Assembly (NCBI RefSeq): GCF_026571515.1
Contig: NW_026851848.1
Span: 62,001-126,000, forward strand
Direction of reading: 5' to 3'
DNA length: 64,000 bases
From: Ruditapes philippinarum
Lineage: Eukaryota
Below, in pieces: positions 1-13,915 of this stretch. Every line of letters starts with the position of its first letter. The stretch's first letter is position 1. Both the position numbers and the translations under genes were made by a program. The notes beneath the pieces are model-generated. The model had not been told where the DNA came from. It searched no databases and was given only the letters and a program-made list of their open reading frames with translations.

Positions 1-553
1 TCATAAAACACTGAGCCACCATTTGTTCCCTAGTTATCTCCCCTACTCCTTTCAACTCAACATGTAATTCAATGTACAATACTCAATATTGGTTACTCAA
101 TTGCATGATTCAGTCATCTAAATGGTGGCTTTATCTTATATCAATGTTAAACAGTTTTGTAAAATTAGAATAATAGAAACACAGTCATCATGGTACATGA
201 CTCAGAAAAAAAACAACACTTTTACACTGCAAGTTGTTTTTTCTTCTTCATTTTTTATTCTGAATTGATCCATGAGTTTATTGAATCACAGTGAGTAGAC
301 ACATGTGAGAAATTCTATCAGTCATTATGGTCCAACCACTCCTCAATTACACGTCGATGATTGAACTAATGCGTGTTCAAATACATTGTACTATAATAAG
401 CTTTAATGAATTTGAATTTTCTTAAAATTTCACAGACATGGTATGAATGCTGGACCATACAACCAGTGTTGTGTCAGGCCAGCCGGCACATTCCTGCAGC
501 TTGTGGCTCGATCTATTAACTATTGGCTGCCATAAATGCATGTATGGAAAATA

Positions 554-774
554 CAGTAAACTCCACTAAAAACAATATTCAGGGGACCGCCAAAACTTAT
601 AATGTTATATTCAGATATTGTTATATCCGAAAGACAACCAATTTGAAAACTAGAGCTGGGACCGCGGCAACAACATAGTTATAAGAAGTATATTGTTATA
701 TTAGCAATAGTGTTTTTTATTGTTTTTATTTGTTTATTAGCAATATACATGTAAGTTGTAAGTGGTATTTACTG
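554..774. mobile_element. Tc1/mariner-pogo-like MITE
   Basis: TA|CAGTAAA...TTTACTG|TA termini with TA flanks; no ORF. Confidence 0.55.
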
Positions 775-980
775 TAACTTATTCTCTAAGATCTTTTCAC
801 ACTTTCAAATTTTGAGGGCATATTACCTTATAACCGGATGGAAGCAGCTTGCCTATTCTTCTTTCTTCATACTGGAAAAAAATAAATAAAAATTATATTA
901 TTATTTTATATATATATTTAAGTTATTTTTAACTTTATTGTGACTGAAATACGGTCAATTAGCACAAAGAAAAGGCAAAT

Positions 981-1075
981 GTCACTGTGGTGTAGTGGTT
1001 AGCATACTTGATCGGCAATCACGAGACCTGTGGTTTGAGCCCCGGCTACAGCGTGCCAATTTTTCGTGTGATTTT
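981..1075 (+). mobile_element. Degenerate tRNA-derived SINE head
   Basis: A-box TGGTGTAGTGG and degenerate B-box GGTTTGAGCCC; related copy on the minus strand near 40120-40222. Confidence 0.5.
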
Positions 1076-1978
1076 TCTCTGTACAATTTCTCACTCATAT
1101 TTATATAATTGAATTGTCAATATAGGTATTCTAAGTAAGACAAAATGAAAAAGTCATATTCCATGACATTGCACCTGACATGGTATATTTTGTTACAAGA
1201 TAAAGTCTGCCCAGCATGGTGCAGCATATTTACAAAGATAATAAAGCATGACATGGGGTACAAAATGTTATATAACTTTTTGAGCAGAGACTATGTCCAT
1301 CGATCCATAAATAAAATCATTAAATCATTCAAAAAACATAAAAAAATATTATATATATGTTATATGGGAAGTGTGGGTGCCAACTAGAACATGGCGCACT
1401 TGTGATTGAGGTCAGGAGATTCTGACTAAGTAAGAGTCTTTTCAAGGACACTAAAATTTTAAATTTCCATGAGCAATTTACTAGAGACATTAATGATTAT
1501 TTCTTTTCATGCAACTCGGGGGTACTAGGTGTAAATTCCTAAGATGGTGGCATAGTAATGTCTGCTGTCAAAACTAACTTGAAATTATTACAATGCCTTA
1601 ATGTAATCAATAGATAATAGAGTTTAAAAGACCATATTATGATCACAGGAGTAAAGCTGGAAAGTCAATGAACATACATACATGTACATTGTATGCTGCA
1701 CTGCATGCAGAAAACTAAATTAAATAAGACTATAAAAATGGTTTAAATCTAAATTTTCTTTTTCTCACATATAAAATGGATAAATGAGATAGAATATTTA
1801 ACCTCATTTGAATATCCATTGAAATCATTTTTTTATAACTGCTAAAATTATATAATTATTTAAAGGCCCATTAATATTGGGCATTTGTTTTTTAGCAAAG
1901 TTTTCACATCCAGGACTACTTTCTTCAGGAATCAGGTGATATCTTATACATTCTGAAAATCCATTACTAACATAGTAT

Positions 1979-2805
1979 ACAAGAGCTGTCCGTAAGACAG
2001 CGCGCTCGACTTTTTTATTGCTTGCCAATAAAAAAAGTTTTTGCAGTAAAAGGCAATACAAGAATCTCAGTTAAGGGCCATAATTCAAATAAAATCTTTG
2101 ACAGAATTACCTTCTCCTGGACATGTTTGGGAATCATGATTGTAAACAAGTATTCCAACTTTCAAATTAATATCTCAAACAGTTCAGTCAAAAAGTGGAC
2201 TGGTACTAAAAACTTAACCAAGATTCTAAGTCGATAAAAGGCCTTAATTTTTAAAACAAATCCTTGACAGAGTTACCTTCTCTTGCGTACAGATGGGGGT
2301 AATGATGTGAAATAGCATTAAAAGTTTCAAAGCAATATCTCAAAGGGTTAAGGGCAATAAGTGGATTTTACCCATATTCAATGTATTTTCTAAGTCAAAA
2401 AGGGGCATAATTCTGTCAAAAACCTTGACAGAGTTATGTCCTCTTGTCTGTTGATGAAGGTCGTGATGGTAAACAAGTATGGTCAGTTTCAAAGCAATAC
2501 CTCCAATGGTTTTGAAATAAAGTGAGGTGGTACAAAAAACTTAACCAAGCTCAATACACTTTCTAAGTCAAAAAGGGCCATAATTCTGTCAAAAACCTTG
2601 ACAGAGTTATGTACTCTTGTCTGTAGATGGAAGTTATGATGGTGAACAAGTATGGTAAGTTTCAAAGCCATACTTGTAATACTTCTGAAATAAAGTGGGG
2701 TGGTACGAAAAACTTAACCAAGGTGTGACGCCAACGCCGACGCCGACGCCGACGCCGGGGCGAGTAGGATAGCTCCCCTTTTCATAGAAAAGTCGAGCTA
2801 AAAAT
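1979..2805 (-). mobile_element. Non-autonomous Helentron-type (HINE/pearl-like) element with diverged ~165-bp core repeats
   Basis: Terminal hairpin GCTGTCcgtaaGACAGC, subTIRs GCTCGACTTTT/AAAAGTCGAGC, (GACGCC)n microsatellite; same architecture as 18201-18954 in the opposite orientation. Confidence 0.75.
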
Positions 2806-3380
2806 CCATGTTTGCCCTTTCTTAAGAAGGAAAATGTTCTCAGTTCGGAGGGTTAAAAATGTGCCTTTATAGTAACTATTAAATCTTTTAACACTGTGGG
2901 AAGTCTTAAATTTCATATTAATATTGTACAGGTCCATCAATCTTGGATCTTCATGTGTATAAACAACAGCATGTGCCTCATGCATTTTTAATTACAAAAA
3001 AAATTACATGACATAAAAATTATAGCCGCTGCATCAAACATTTACTAAAACAGCAAACAGCCAGTTTTTAGTTAATTTTTATGAAAATTAACTTTAAAAT
3101 TGATGCAACCAGCAAAAATGTTGTCAATACGGTAAACAAAATTAAATGATTTAACCAAATCAAGTTCAGACACTTTAAGTACTATCTAAAAAAATTTCAA
3201 TATATGAAATTATGCTACACTTTTAAATGACTTGTTAAAAGAATGGGTCTATTATACATGAACCTCCATAACAATTTCAAAAAGAACTTACATACTTATA
3301 TTTGTCTTACATTTAAAAATACAACCAAACCTGTTCCTATTTTTCAAAATTTTATTTCTTGACCAATTCTGTATGACTAT

Positions 3381-4498
3381 CAGACCTGGGGTAATCATTA
3401 ATTGTAATCATTGATTTTTTAAATGATTACATGATTACAGTGTAATCATCATGTAATTGATTACCTTGCCCAAAATTGATTACATTAATTTGTAATTAAT
3501 CAATTACAGCTTAAATTCAGTCAGTAATTATGATTACAATTTGATTGACATTGATTACTTTAAAATTTAACAGGAAACTATTTTAATTCAAAGGATGCCT
3601 TTACATGTATTTTACATGATACAGTTTAACTTTTGTTTTACATTTATACAGTAAAAGCCCAGTTTCATTTTTTTTACATTTATACAGTAAAAGCACTTAA
3701 TTAAGACCATCATATTCTTATCATCTCTTACGTACTTTATGACCATGGTCTGTTTTAGTCATTTTGTATGAGAAAAAAAGAATGGTATGTATCTTAAACT
3801 ACAAATACAATATAAAAGACACTATAAAAGTATGCTTTTATATCTGAAGAGAGGAAAACATATACCTGAAGAAATTTAAAATAATTCTATTCGGTCAGAT
3901 TTCAATATCAATTATTATATGATGTACATAAATCTGAAAATCACCTATCAAATAAAACTTAATTCTCCACAAAATAAAATTGCTGAAAGCAACATTAAAC
4001 CACTCTAAAATTTACCTTCTCACTTTATTTCATACAATAACCCAATAATAAGTTTTTCACACCTTGTGAAATTAAGTGTCATGCAAAGCATTCAAGCAGA
4101 TCATAACAACAAATTTAAAATCTAGATAGATGTTGACTTTAACATCAGTGGTCTCATTAGTTGGGTCAAATTAAGAATTCAAGATTTGGGACTTATTCAG
4201 GTGGTCTTAAAACTGGATAAGCGGTTGTTCTTAATTCTGGATCATGTAACCATTGACATATAGAACCTTGTAAAAAAGTCTTATTAAGTGTGCCGTCTTA
4301 ATTCAGAGGTGGTCTAAAGAAGGGATTCTACTTTACATTGAATGTAATCAATTATTAATCAATTACTTTCTTAAAGTAATTGTAATTTAATTGATTACAG
4401 AGGCAAGTCTGAGTAATCAAGATTAATCAATTACAATAAAATCTGAAAGTAATTGTAATTAAATCAATTACTGATCAATGTAATCATCCCCAGGTCTG
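3381..4498. mobile_element. hAT-like MITE with a nested Tc1/pogo-like MITE (~3682-4335)
   Basis: TIRs CAGACCTGGGG/CCCCAGGTCTG; 8-bp TSD ATGACTAT at 3373-3380 and 4499-4506; many subterminal GATTAC/GTAATC repeats. Confidence 0.85.
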
Positions 4499-5545
4499 AT
4501 GACTATCATACATACAATGTACACAAAAACTGTTATTGCTTAATATTTACTCTTGACTATTTTTTTTTTGTATTCTTTTGTGTTTGTGAAAAATTTACAT
4601 AAATAAATTATATTTAAAATCCTATTTTGCTTTCCATCTGAAATCAGCATCTTAAGAAATTTTACTTCAAATACAGTATTATATGAATAATAATTTTATG
4701 TACGTTTTTTTTTCTCTCTCTCCAGATATGATTATTCAAGTCAAGCTGTGAAATCACACCAGTCAATAATATACTGAATTGTTTCAACATGTATCCATAT
4801 CGTATTTGATCAGGGTTTATCTTATGATCTTTTAGCTTGAAGGTATGTTAACGATATCATAACAAATGTCAGATCTCCATTTTACATCCATGTAACAACA
4901 TCATTAGATATAAATACACGATCGTTTACATACACAACATGATCGCAAAGTCCATGATGCAATTCAGGTCGGCAATGTGACAGTTGTGAGGTAGAATCAA
5001 CCAAAGATGGACAATTGGGATGAGTTTTCCCAGCAGATGAAATTATGTCAGCCAATAAATAGACTGTGTCATTAGCCAAAGGGTCTTTTTACATCAGACT
5101 AACATTATGACAAAAATGAGTTTCCTGAATATTTAAAACTAGTCTGCATACAGTGACGTCTTTTTGCATAAACATAAAATTAAGGCTAAAATAAAATATA
5201 GGCCTTCTTCCTGTAGATAAAACTAATGAAATTTCTTAATTTTACTATAAAAATTCACCCAACAGGGAAGATTTTTTAACAACCTTTTTTTTAACATTTC
5301 AGGCATATTATTGCTTTTATAAAGAATATATTTCCTTTTTATGTGAATGACAATAAATAGTCTCAAATAAGTGAAATTGTTTTCATAAATTTGTTATATT
5401 TATTACAATGTTTTATTTTATATGGATAAAACACTAAAATTTTCCAATTTAAAAGGCATGGGTAAAGAAACAGAGATAAAGTATTTATAATAAATATAAT
5501 TTTTTTTTATATCTGTATAAAAAAACACTCATATAATTATGTATA

Positions 5546-5659
5546 GGTTAGAGTGCATATTGGGTGTTCTTCGTAAATAAGAAAGCTAAAAAGGAGCGGA
5601 GCTTGCGAAGCGACTGGAGCTTTCTTATTTACGAAGAACATCCAATATGCACTCTAACC
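5546..5659. repeat. Long hairpin (~45-bp arms) with a GCGAAGC-containing loop; part of a non-autonomous element
   Basis: GGTTAGAGTGCATATTGGGTGTTCTTCGTAAATAAGAAAGCT is inverted at AGCTTTCTTATTTACGAAGAACATCCAATATGCACTCTAACC. Confidence 0.8.
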
Positions 5660-6747
5660 GGCTTAGTGCTCCACCCACTTGCGTTTTATAATATAAAACG
5701 TCCAGTTTATATAAAATATGTGCTATTAAGATTTGTAACCTGAAAATTTGAAAAATCCTCGTCGGTGATTGGCTTAAAAAAATTGGCGAGCACTAAGTAA
5801 ATAAACAGTATTATGTCTCTTATGTAACACCATGCATGCAGTTATGTATGACAGAATAACTAAGTCATTAATTATTCAGAATAATTATGTCATAGAATTA
5901 TCATTTCCTACTATTGTTGTTCTTGTTGCTATTTTTTTCTGTATTTCTTTTTGTATCAAGTTACAATTACAACAAAGTTGAAAGAAGAAAATGGTACCAG
6001 TAATTCAATAACAGGCACTGTTTTAGACTAATCTGGATAGCTATTATGTCTGAATTTTCTCATTATCTTTCAATTTGGTATTGGTCTTAAGTTGAGCTTT
6101 ATAATAATTTGTGCCAAGATACAACTGTATGTCTACTCTTGCTGAAAATTTGTAGGACACATCAAAACAAATCTTACATTGTAGACCTTTATATACAGGT
6201 ACATTGGTACTGTGAAGATAGATAGATTAAATGTTAAAAAGATACCATGGCTTTAGTAATGCCTCCTTTTTATAAGATTACTTTATTGGATGGGAAGGCA
6301 TCCCGCATAGTTTCAGGTCATTTGGCTGTTAAAACACTTATATATACACATGTACATTATAATAATAATTTACACGCATACACATAATCTAGTCTATAAT
6401 TTTCATCACCTTAGTGCAATAACTGGTTAAATTCAATTAAATTCAGCAAGGACTTTATTTGCTACTGCACTAATGTGATGATAAAATTATGTCATTAAAA
6501 CTTAACAATTAGAACTTTTAATCCATGTAATAGTTACATGTAGATGCTTATAAGGAAAAAAGATTTACATAGCTCCCTTTTGAGCGGCATATTCATTATT
6601 AACTAAGTTGTTGAGCAAATATAGTATTTATCCTGCACATAAACAAGTTTAAATAAACACAACTGTGGACAGTTTACACCAAAAATACTGTCAGAAATTT
6701 TCAAATTTAAACAATCCCATATTGGCAATATTAGACTATTTAGTTAA

Positions 6748-7103
6748 AGATCCTGTATGTTGTAATTAAAGTGGTAACAATGGTTACGTGAAATTTTATA
6801 TATTATATGTATATAATTATGCTTCTAAAACAATTTCCAAACATCCAAGAATATGTAAAATATGTACTGCAAATTTTTAAAAGCATAACTTGTAATCATT
6901 AAAGTATATACATTCATTTCTTATAGAAAAATTTGGCTTAGACTTTATAGAAAATAAATTTTTTAATTACCTCCCTTTATTTACATGAAATATAAATTTG
7001 CTAATATCCTTACATGCTTTTTGGAACTTACAATATTGATAAATCTTCATTTGAGCATTATATTTATGATATAAAACCATAAAAAAATTGCGTTACAGGA
7101 TCT
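6748..7103. mobile_element. TTAA-flanked (Kolobok-like) MITE
   Basis: TTAA|AGATCCTGTA...TACAGGATCT|TTAA; second copy at 11773-12725. Confidence 0.8.
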
Positions 7104-9249
7104 TTAAGTAACACTTATTACAGATTGTAAAATTGGGACTGCCTAACATAAAACATAATTGTACGTGACTTATCACTATTCTTTTGTCATAAAAAAAAAA
7201 TCAAATAAAATGTTGATTTAAAATTACATAAATAAATATGTTTATATGTTAGTGCAGTCATGCAGAAAATTGTGCAGAAAAAAAGAGTTTACTTTGAAAT
7301 CATATAAACACTGCATTTCTCACGAGACTTTTTGATAGTATCATTTAAACATGTGATGAACTGCCTGATCAAATGTACGCTAGTTTAAACTGTAATTTTT
7401 AACTTGTGTAAATATCTCGACTTAACTTTTTAACTTTAAATGTATGTTAACTAAACAGTAAAAATAGATATATCTGAAAACCTTTACTTATTATAATTTT
7501 TCTTACTTACTAGACCATAAGCTTGCGTTAAATACATACCAGTAAATAGGTCATGTGGAACCTTCATGTTTTACCTTCAAATACTGGTTAACCTAACCAT
7601 CCCAATAATACATGTAACACACCATTAAAGTATCAAATTCTTCGTTGTATGGCAAATGTAGTATGAAAGACTAAATATGGTGATTTTTTTACAAATTATC
7701 ATTCAATATATTTCAAATAAAATACAAATTATTAACATTTTTTTGTTGTTAACTTTAACTCATTCTTACAATACAATATTGATTACGATTTTTGGTCCCA
7801 TTTCCCTACTCAAAAAGTATAATTATATTTCACAAACTTCCTCTTACATTTGTATTTTTTTTTCTTATTTTTTTTAGGTTCACTTTTTTAGAGGAGTGGA
7901 AAAGAGAGAAATATTGTAGTTTGAAAACATAACAGTATTGTTCCACAGTTTTACATGGCTATATACTATATAGACATATAAACACAAAAAAATGTTTAGT
8001 TAAGTGTTTCTAAATTTAATCAATTTTCCATTCTCTATTGTCCCTCTATTGCCACCGTTTGCCTAAAGTGAAAAAAGCACTGAATTTTCTTTTGTAAGTT
8101 AGATAACTGTCCCAATCTTAGTGATGAAATTTGCCTTTAATACGGTATCTAAGTATTGAACGCATTGTAAAGCGGCATAAAAGCAATTGCTATACTTTAG
8201 TATCAATTACTACATGTATTGCATATATAAACATTGCTTTTTGCCATCACAGGGACAGAAATTGGGCCCGTTCTTACTTATTATCAAAACATATATTTTC
8301 CTTTCAGAAATTGTTTAATTTTTCCATTGAAAAAAAAAATGAATGAATGGATACTTAATTATCTTTAGTGATTGAAGCTTTATTAGTTTCACAATTGTAA
8401 GTGGCACATCATGAGTTAAATTTTCAATAATGCAACTTAAGTAAAATCTGTTTCGTTTAAGAAATGTCAATTATATAAATTCACAACTAAGGTAAAACTT
8501 TGAGTACTTAAACATAATTCACAATTTCTACGACACCACAAATTCTACTGTGTTACTAACAGAGTGAGAAAAAATTATGTCATAGATGTTATTTCTCAAT
8601 AACACAGCTTTAGAATGTCACTGTAAGTGTACTTGTTTATGGTAGACATGTATATAATGTAGATTTAAGTATAAATCAAATGAGGGTAATGATTTTTTTT
8701 CAGTACTCATGGCAACCTTTTTATTAAAAGTAGATATACACGTTTTTTGTTGTTGTTCTTTCTGTTGGTGGGGGGGGGGGGTTCTTATTGTTTTTTTAAA
8801 ACTGGTACATAGATTCTAGTTAAAAAGAAGAAAAAAAATTCTGATGGACATTTTGCAAGCTGACATATTTATCATTTTGCAGTTTTAACTTTATATATGA
8901 ACTTTTATGTCATGAATGGGTTATTGCCATTAATAGGTTCTTGAGAGTCTAATAACATCGAGCAGGACATTTTTCGCAAGGTTCAATTGGAAGAAGTGAC
9001 CATTTCTTAAAAATGAGGGAAATAACACAATATTTTTGCAAATGAGGCAGAAAAAAATTGATGTAAATCTAATGTAAGGACAAAACTACAGGCTCAATTC
9101 TTACAGTTGTTTTGTTCTGTTGACAAATTTAACTAGTCCAAAGAATGAACCAAAAGTGACCAAATTCTTTTCTGTCTTCTGACTATTATTATAAAGCAAG
9201 TCTGCTGGAAAATTGATAGCGAAAATTAAAACCAGTAAAAAAGACAGAC

Positions 9250-9435
9250 CTGCATGTATCTAGATGGCACATATCCAACAGTGTTTGTTTTTAAAGATCT
9301 AGCACCCCACCAGTCTGCATCAGTTTTGTGACAGTCAAATATTTCGAAAGTGTCACCTTTCTGAAATTCGAGGATGTTTTGAGATCCGTCCGCGATAGGT
9401 GGCGTAAAATCGGAAATAGCTACGTAAATTTCCAT
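9250..9435 (-). CDS. First coding exon of a protein with an N-terminal SH3 domain (downstream exons not identified)
   Basis: MEIYVAISDF...LEFQKGDTFEI...DWWGARSLKTNTVGYVPSRYMQ fits the SH3 signature (L-F-KGD, WW, GYVPS-Y); phase-0 GT donor at 9249. Confidence 0.85.
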
Positions 9436-11772
9436 TCTTAAGAATTGAATCAGGAAAGCATGTTCAAAGCATTACGGAAACACTTAAATGTTGTCAATCT
9501 TTTACATCCGCACACAATTTCTTGTTTACGTTCCCCATTTCAATCACAGTTACTTCCCTTGACATTTAGACTGGTTACGTTTTTCCAGATATATGTAAAT
9601 AACCGAATTAATTCAAATTCAAATTAACTTCTGCTGTATGAGGTTAAATTATATGAAATTATTCTCGTACCGGATATAGCTTGAATGTGCGTTTATGTAT
9701 GGTTTCTGTATCTTAAGTTAAATATGGAGTGATACCTAAAATATTTTCTTTCAACGGTGCACGTGTATTTCGTGGGTTAGTGGGGGTATATATTTACATA
9801 GTGTTTTCGCGGTTTTTCTTCACTCGACGCTTTTCAAGAACTTGTTTATATACGCCCACCCGACCCCATCCCTTCTTACAACAAACGTTTTTTGTAATAA
9901 AATATTTAAATACACATTCTTGGTGAACATTTAGGCTTTTTACCTTATTCATCACATGACACACAAAAATCGTTTCTTGAAACTTATCTTATGTCCCAGT
10001 TGAAATATAACTTTTTTAAAGTTTCATAATTTAATGAATTTTCTTTTTTTTAATGAGCATAACTTGTTATTAAATATTTTGTAGATTTTACACAATATTA
10101 TTCTGTTTGTAATATTTTGTAACCACGTATTCAGATCTGTTTTAGTTTCGTTTAAGAGTTTCTGATACAGCAACAATGCTATAGATCTGATGAATCCCTT
10201 ATACAAGAACATATAACAGATACAGATAAATACCGATTGATTTTATTGATTTGTAATATGTACTACCAAATATTTGGCGTTATTCCTTTGTATTTGTTGT
10301 TGTTTTTTGCTATAGTAGATTAGTGAATAATTGATTTACTCTCGACATAAGAGAGTAAATCAACAAAGTTATGTGAATTTTTGATATCATACCCCACTTA
10401 ACCCCAAATGAATTATTCTAAAACATATTAAATCTATTACCTTATTTGATGTATTAGTTATCAGACGAACAATAGATCTAGATTAAAATTTGCCCGCATC
10501 ATAATATAATGATTTCACAATGTATTATCATTTTCAAATAATTCATATTTTCGATTTTAGGATGGCTGGGGATGCTTTGGCTGAAAATGACCAATCTCGA
10601 TCATCTCTTATAACTGGGTTCTATAGGGGTCCTCATAATGAATGTTATTTTAAATTCATGGGGCCATTAATTAATATTGCCAACAACTCACGCAAGGCGT
10701 TCTTTGTAAACGAATATTGTTAAATAGTAAGTGCATACATGCATGTCATAAAATACGCATTCATATATTGCAATGAATTGTAACATATTAAATGTGAAAC
10801 CGAACCTTACAAAATAATCATAACATATTTTGCAAGATTTCTTCTATTAATTTTATATTAAATATCAAATGATAAATAGTGCACAAAGGAGTGTCAGGTG
10901 GCGTAAAAATACTAAGACGTAACTCCAGCTCCACAATTTTGTCAAATACTCGTATACTATTTAATTATTTTTCAAATGTTAAAAAGTCAAAGTGTTCATG
11001 TATCCAATCGTTTTTACCAAGTGTTTATAAAGGATCATCACACTTCCAAATGTAGTCCTGAGCAGGCTGTCAAACAGTTTACCAGTACTTGTTGCCTTCA
11101 CTTTGGCAAGGAACTATTAAAGTTACATCTGTACATGCCCGAGCAGAGGTACAGTGCGAATGAGCGTTGAAAATATTTCATGATCAATCACAACGAACGT
11201 GTCCTGCACCGTCCGGGTATCAAACCAGGTACGCCCGATTTCAAATTCAAGGCAAACCGGACATGCAGATTCACTACCAAATGTCCAGACTACAATGATT
11301 ATCACACCTTACATTGCCGTGCCAGATTTTGACGCTTGTTTATTAACAGCTCTTTAATTTCCTGTCAACGCATATATGAATTAAATTAGTGCAAGATGAA
11401 GATGTGTTTAAAAGGACAGGGCAGAAGCTGAAATTATTAACAGTCTCAAATAAGACGATAGATAATAAACTGAGGTGGCCCTTTAAGTTGAATATGTGAT
11501 TGTAGAACGTTTAAATTTTCTAGAATATAATTAACAAGATGTTTTCATAAATACCCCTCATATATATGTAATGCTTTTGAAAATATATAATTAAACAATA
11601 TATGATAAGATTTCCAGATTTTTTAAACGATGAGGTATACTTAAATGCCAATGTCTCATTTTGTATTCTAGTTGCGTTCAAGAATACATTTATTAAAATA
11701 GTAAAATGAGGGTATCTTGAAGGTCATCCAACATAAACGGACAAATTAATGGACATTTCAGACTTTGTTTAA

Positions 11773-12725
11773 AGATCCTGTATGTTTTGTGATTGATATT
11801 ATTACTGTGTGTATACGTATGTGTATGTAGTTAAAGCTTAATGAGGGTCCATCCGCCCTTTCGGGCACAAAATGCAGCTTGCGCTGTCGAGTACGGACCC
11901 CGGACATATGTCACCAGTCATGTCCTTAAAGAGTTAATTTTGAAGCACAAAATGGTGATAATTTACCTCCATGCAATTTCCACGGAGTATTAGCCAAAGA
12001 TATGAATTTTGAGCCGAAAAGTAGGTCACTGTTCGGCGGTCAATGAGAACCTAAATGTACAGTAACCTGTGACAATAAGAAAGGTGTTTAGCCCTAAAAA
12101 GGGCTGTTGGTGCCAGCTATAGGCCTGCCTTACAAGCCGTCTATCTGTACTAGAGGCTCACGCACCCTAGTACACCATCCTCGTCGTCTCAGCCTACTTT
12201 GTAGGGCCACTCCCCTCGGCATTAGTCAGGACATCGGCAGCTGGTCCGCAGAAGTGACGAAGTAGGATTCCGTAGTTAATGCCCACGGTTGAAGGCGCCG
12301 TTAAAGTTGTCTACCAGCCAAGTTGAAAATCTTCTGCCGATGCCCTGTGCCTTCTCAGCGACGTGCACGCTCCGAGGGGAAGTGAGAAGACTGTGTGTAT
12401 ACCACACTTGCAAAAAATTATATATGTATATAATTATGCAAATAAAACAATTTTCAAACATCCAAGAATATGTAAAATGTGTACTGCAAATATTTGTGCA
12501 CATTATATTTAATCAATAAATTACATGCATTCATTTCTTATTGGAAAATTTGACTTAGAATTTATAGAAAATAAATTTCTAATTGCCTCCCTTTATTTAC
12601 GCGAAATGTTAAATTGGGTAATATCTTTATAGATAATGCTTATTTGAACTTACAAGATTGACAAATCTTAATTTGAGCATCATATTTATGAAATAAAACC
12701 ATGAAAAAAATGTGTTACAGGATCT
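11773..12725. mobile_element. TTAA-flanked (Kolobok-like) MITE, copy 2, interrupted by an insertion
   Basis: Same TIRs as 6748-7103 and homologous 3' body (12415-12725). Confidence 0.8.
11817..12389 (-). mobile_element. 5'-truncated retroposed insertion (LINE-like 3' end)
   Basis: GC-richer than flanks; 13-bp TSD ACTGTGTGTATAC at 11804-11816 and 12390-12402; short TACA-like tail on the minus strand. Confidence 0.7.
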
Positions 12726-13915
12726 TTAAGCGAATCTTTTCAATAAAGTTAGATTGGTTATTGTATAATACGATACAGGAAGGTCTTTCTAATGGGATAT
12801 TAATTTCTATTATCCATGTGTGATCTAATATAACTACTTTATGTCCAAGATGTCACTTAGGGTGGACAGCACGAATTACCAAAATTTCGTGCCGCCTTTT
12901 AGGGTCGAAGTTGTACGTGCACTATTAAATCCCAAAGTGGGAGTGATTGAAGACGTTTTATTCCCTATTTTTATCTCTAACTGCAAATCTTGTGATAGCG
13001 TGTTTAATGCCTTGATTGTTACTTTATACATCTAAACTTACAAAATGGTAAATGATTTCACATAGAATCTATATTGTACTGGCTGTTAGTGCGTTATATA
13101 ATGTATCACTTCAGTAACCAAAAATATCAAATCACATAAGGTCTACAGTACATGTGGTTGAAGTCAGCCGAACAAGTTTAAGGTAGCTAAAAATAAAAGT
13201 TTATAATCTTTACAATTAAGTATGTTGTGCAAGAGATTTATATAATCAAGATAGAAGGATTTTAACGGTTGTGTAAATTATTTAATTCTATAAAAAGATT
13301 TATATACATGTAAGTGTACATTCGACCATGGCCATATGTAGCTTGTATCTAATGACACTGTGAAAGCTATCAGCAGGAAGATAGAAAAACCAGATCATAG
13401 ACATATCGGATAAGATTTACTGTAAATTTAGGTGTTTTGTGGAGATAAAGATGTTGTTGATGATAAGGCAAAATATGTGCACATGGACCCGTCAGTGTCG
13501 TCATAAAAACTACGTTTGGTTCTTTAATACATATTTCATTAACAACCAGTCTAAATTTTTTTTTACTTCTTCACCGGTAAAATGTGCACTTCCTGGTTTG
13601 CTGTCACTATCGTGTATTCTCATTTTTGATGCTGAAAAAAGTTTCGATCTTAAAATCTCACTGCCAAAAGTGATGATAGCAATCAAACTTTTAAAGACTC
13701 ACACTGATATTTTTTAAAGCAGACCTGACTCGTAACAATTCTCCACCATATGATAATTTGTTAATTAAAAACGGAATGGCCCTGGGAAAATTATCTGATT
13801 ATAATGCATGTAAATAGTCTATGTCAAAAGCAGAATGTTTGAATGAATAATAAAGTTGCATAAATATATTTTCTTAAATATTGAAAAGCACAAAACCATT
13901 TAAATTGGTCACAGA

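Noticed and set aside
4882-5125. Candidate downstream exon of the SH3 gene (also 1825-1952)
   Set aside because: In-frame stops and no recognisable domain or consistent splice phase.
12276-12503. ORF with WLVDNF resembling STIMATE WVVDNF
   Set aside because: No flanking similarity, and the ORF straddles a MITE/insertion boundary; coincidence.
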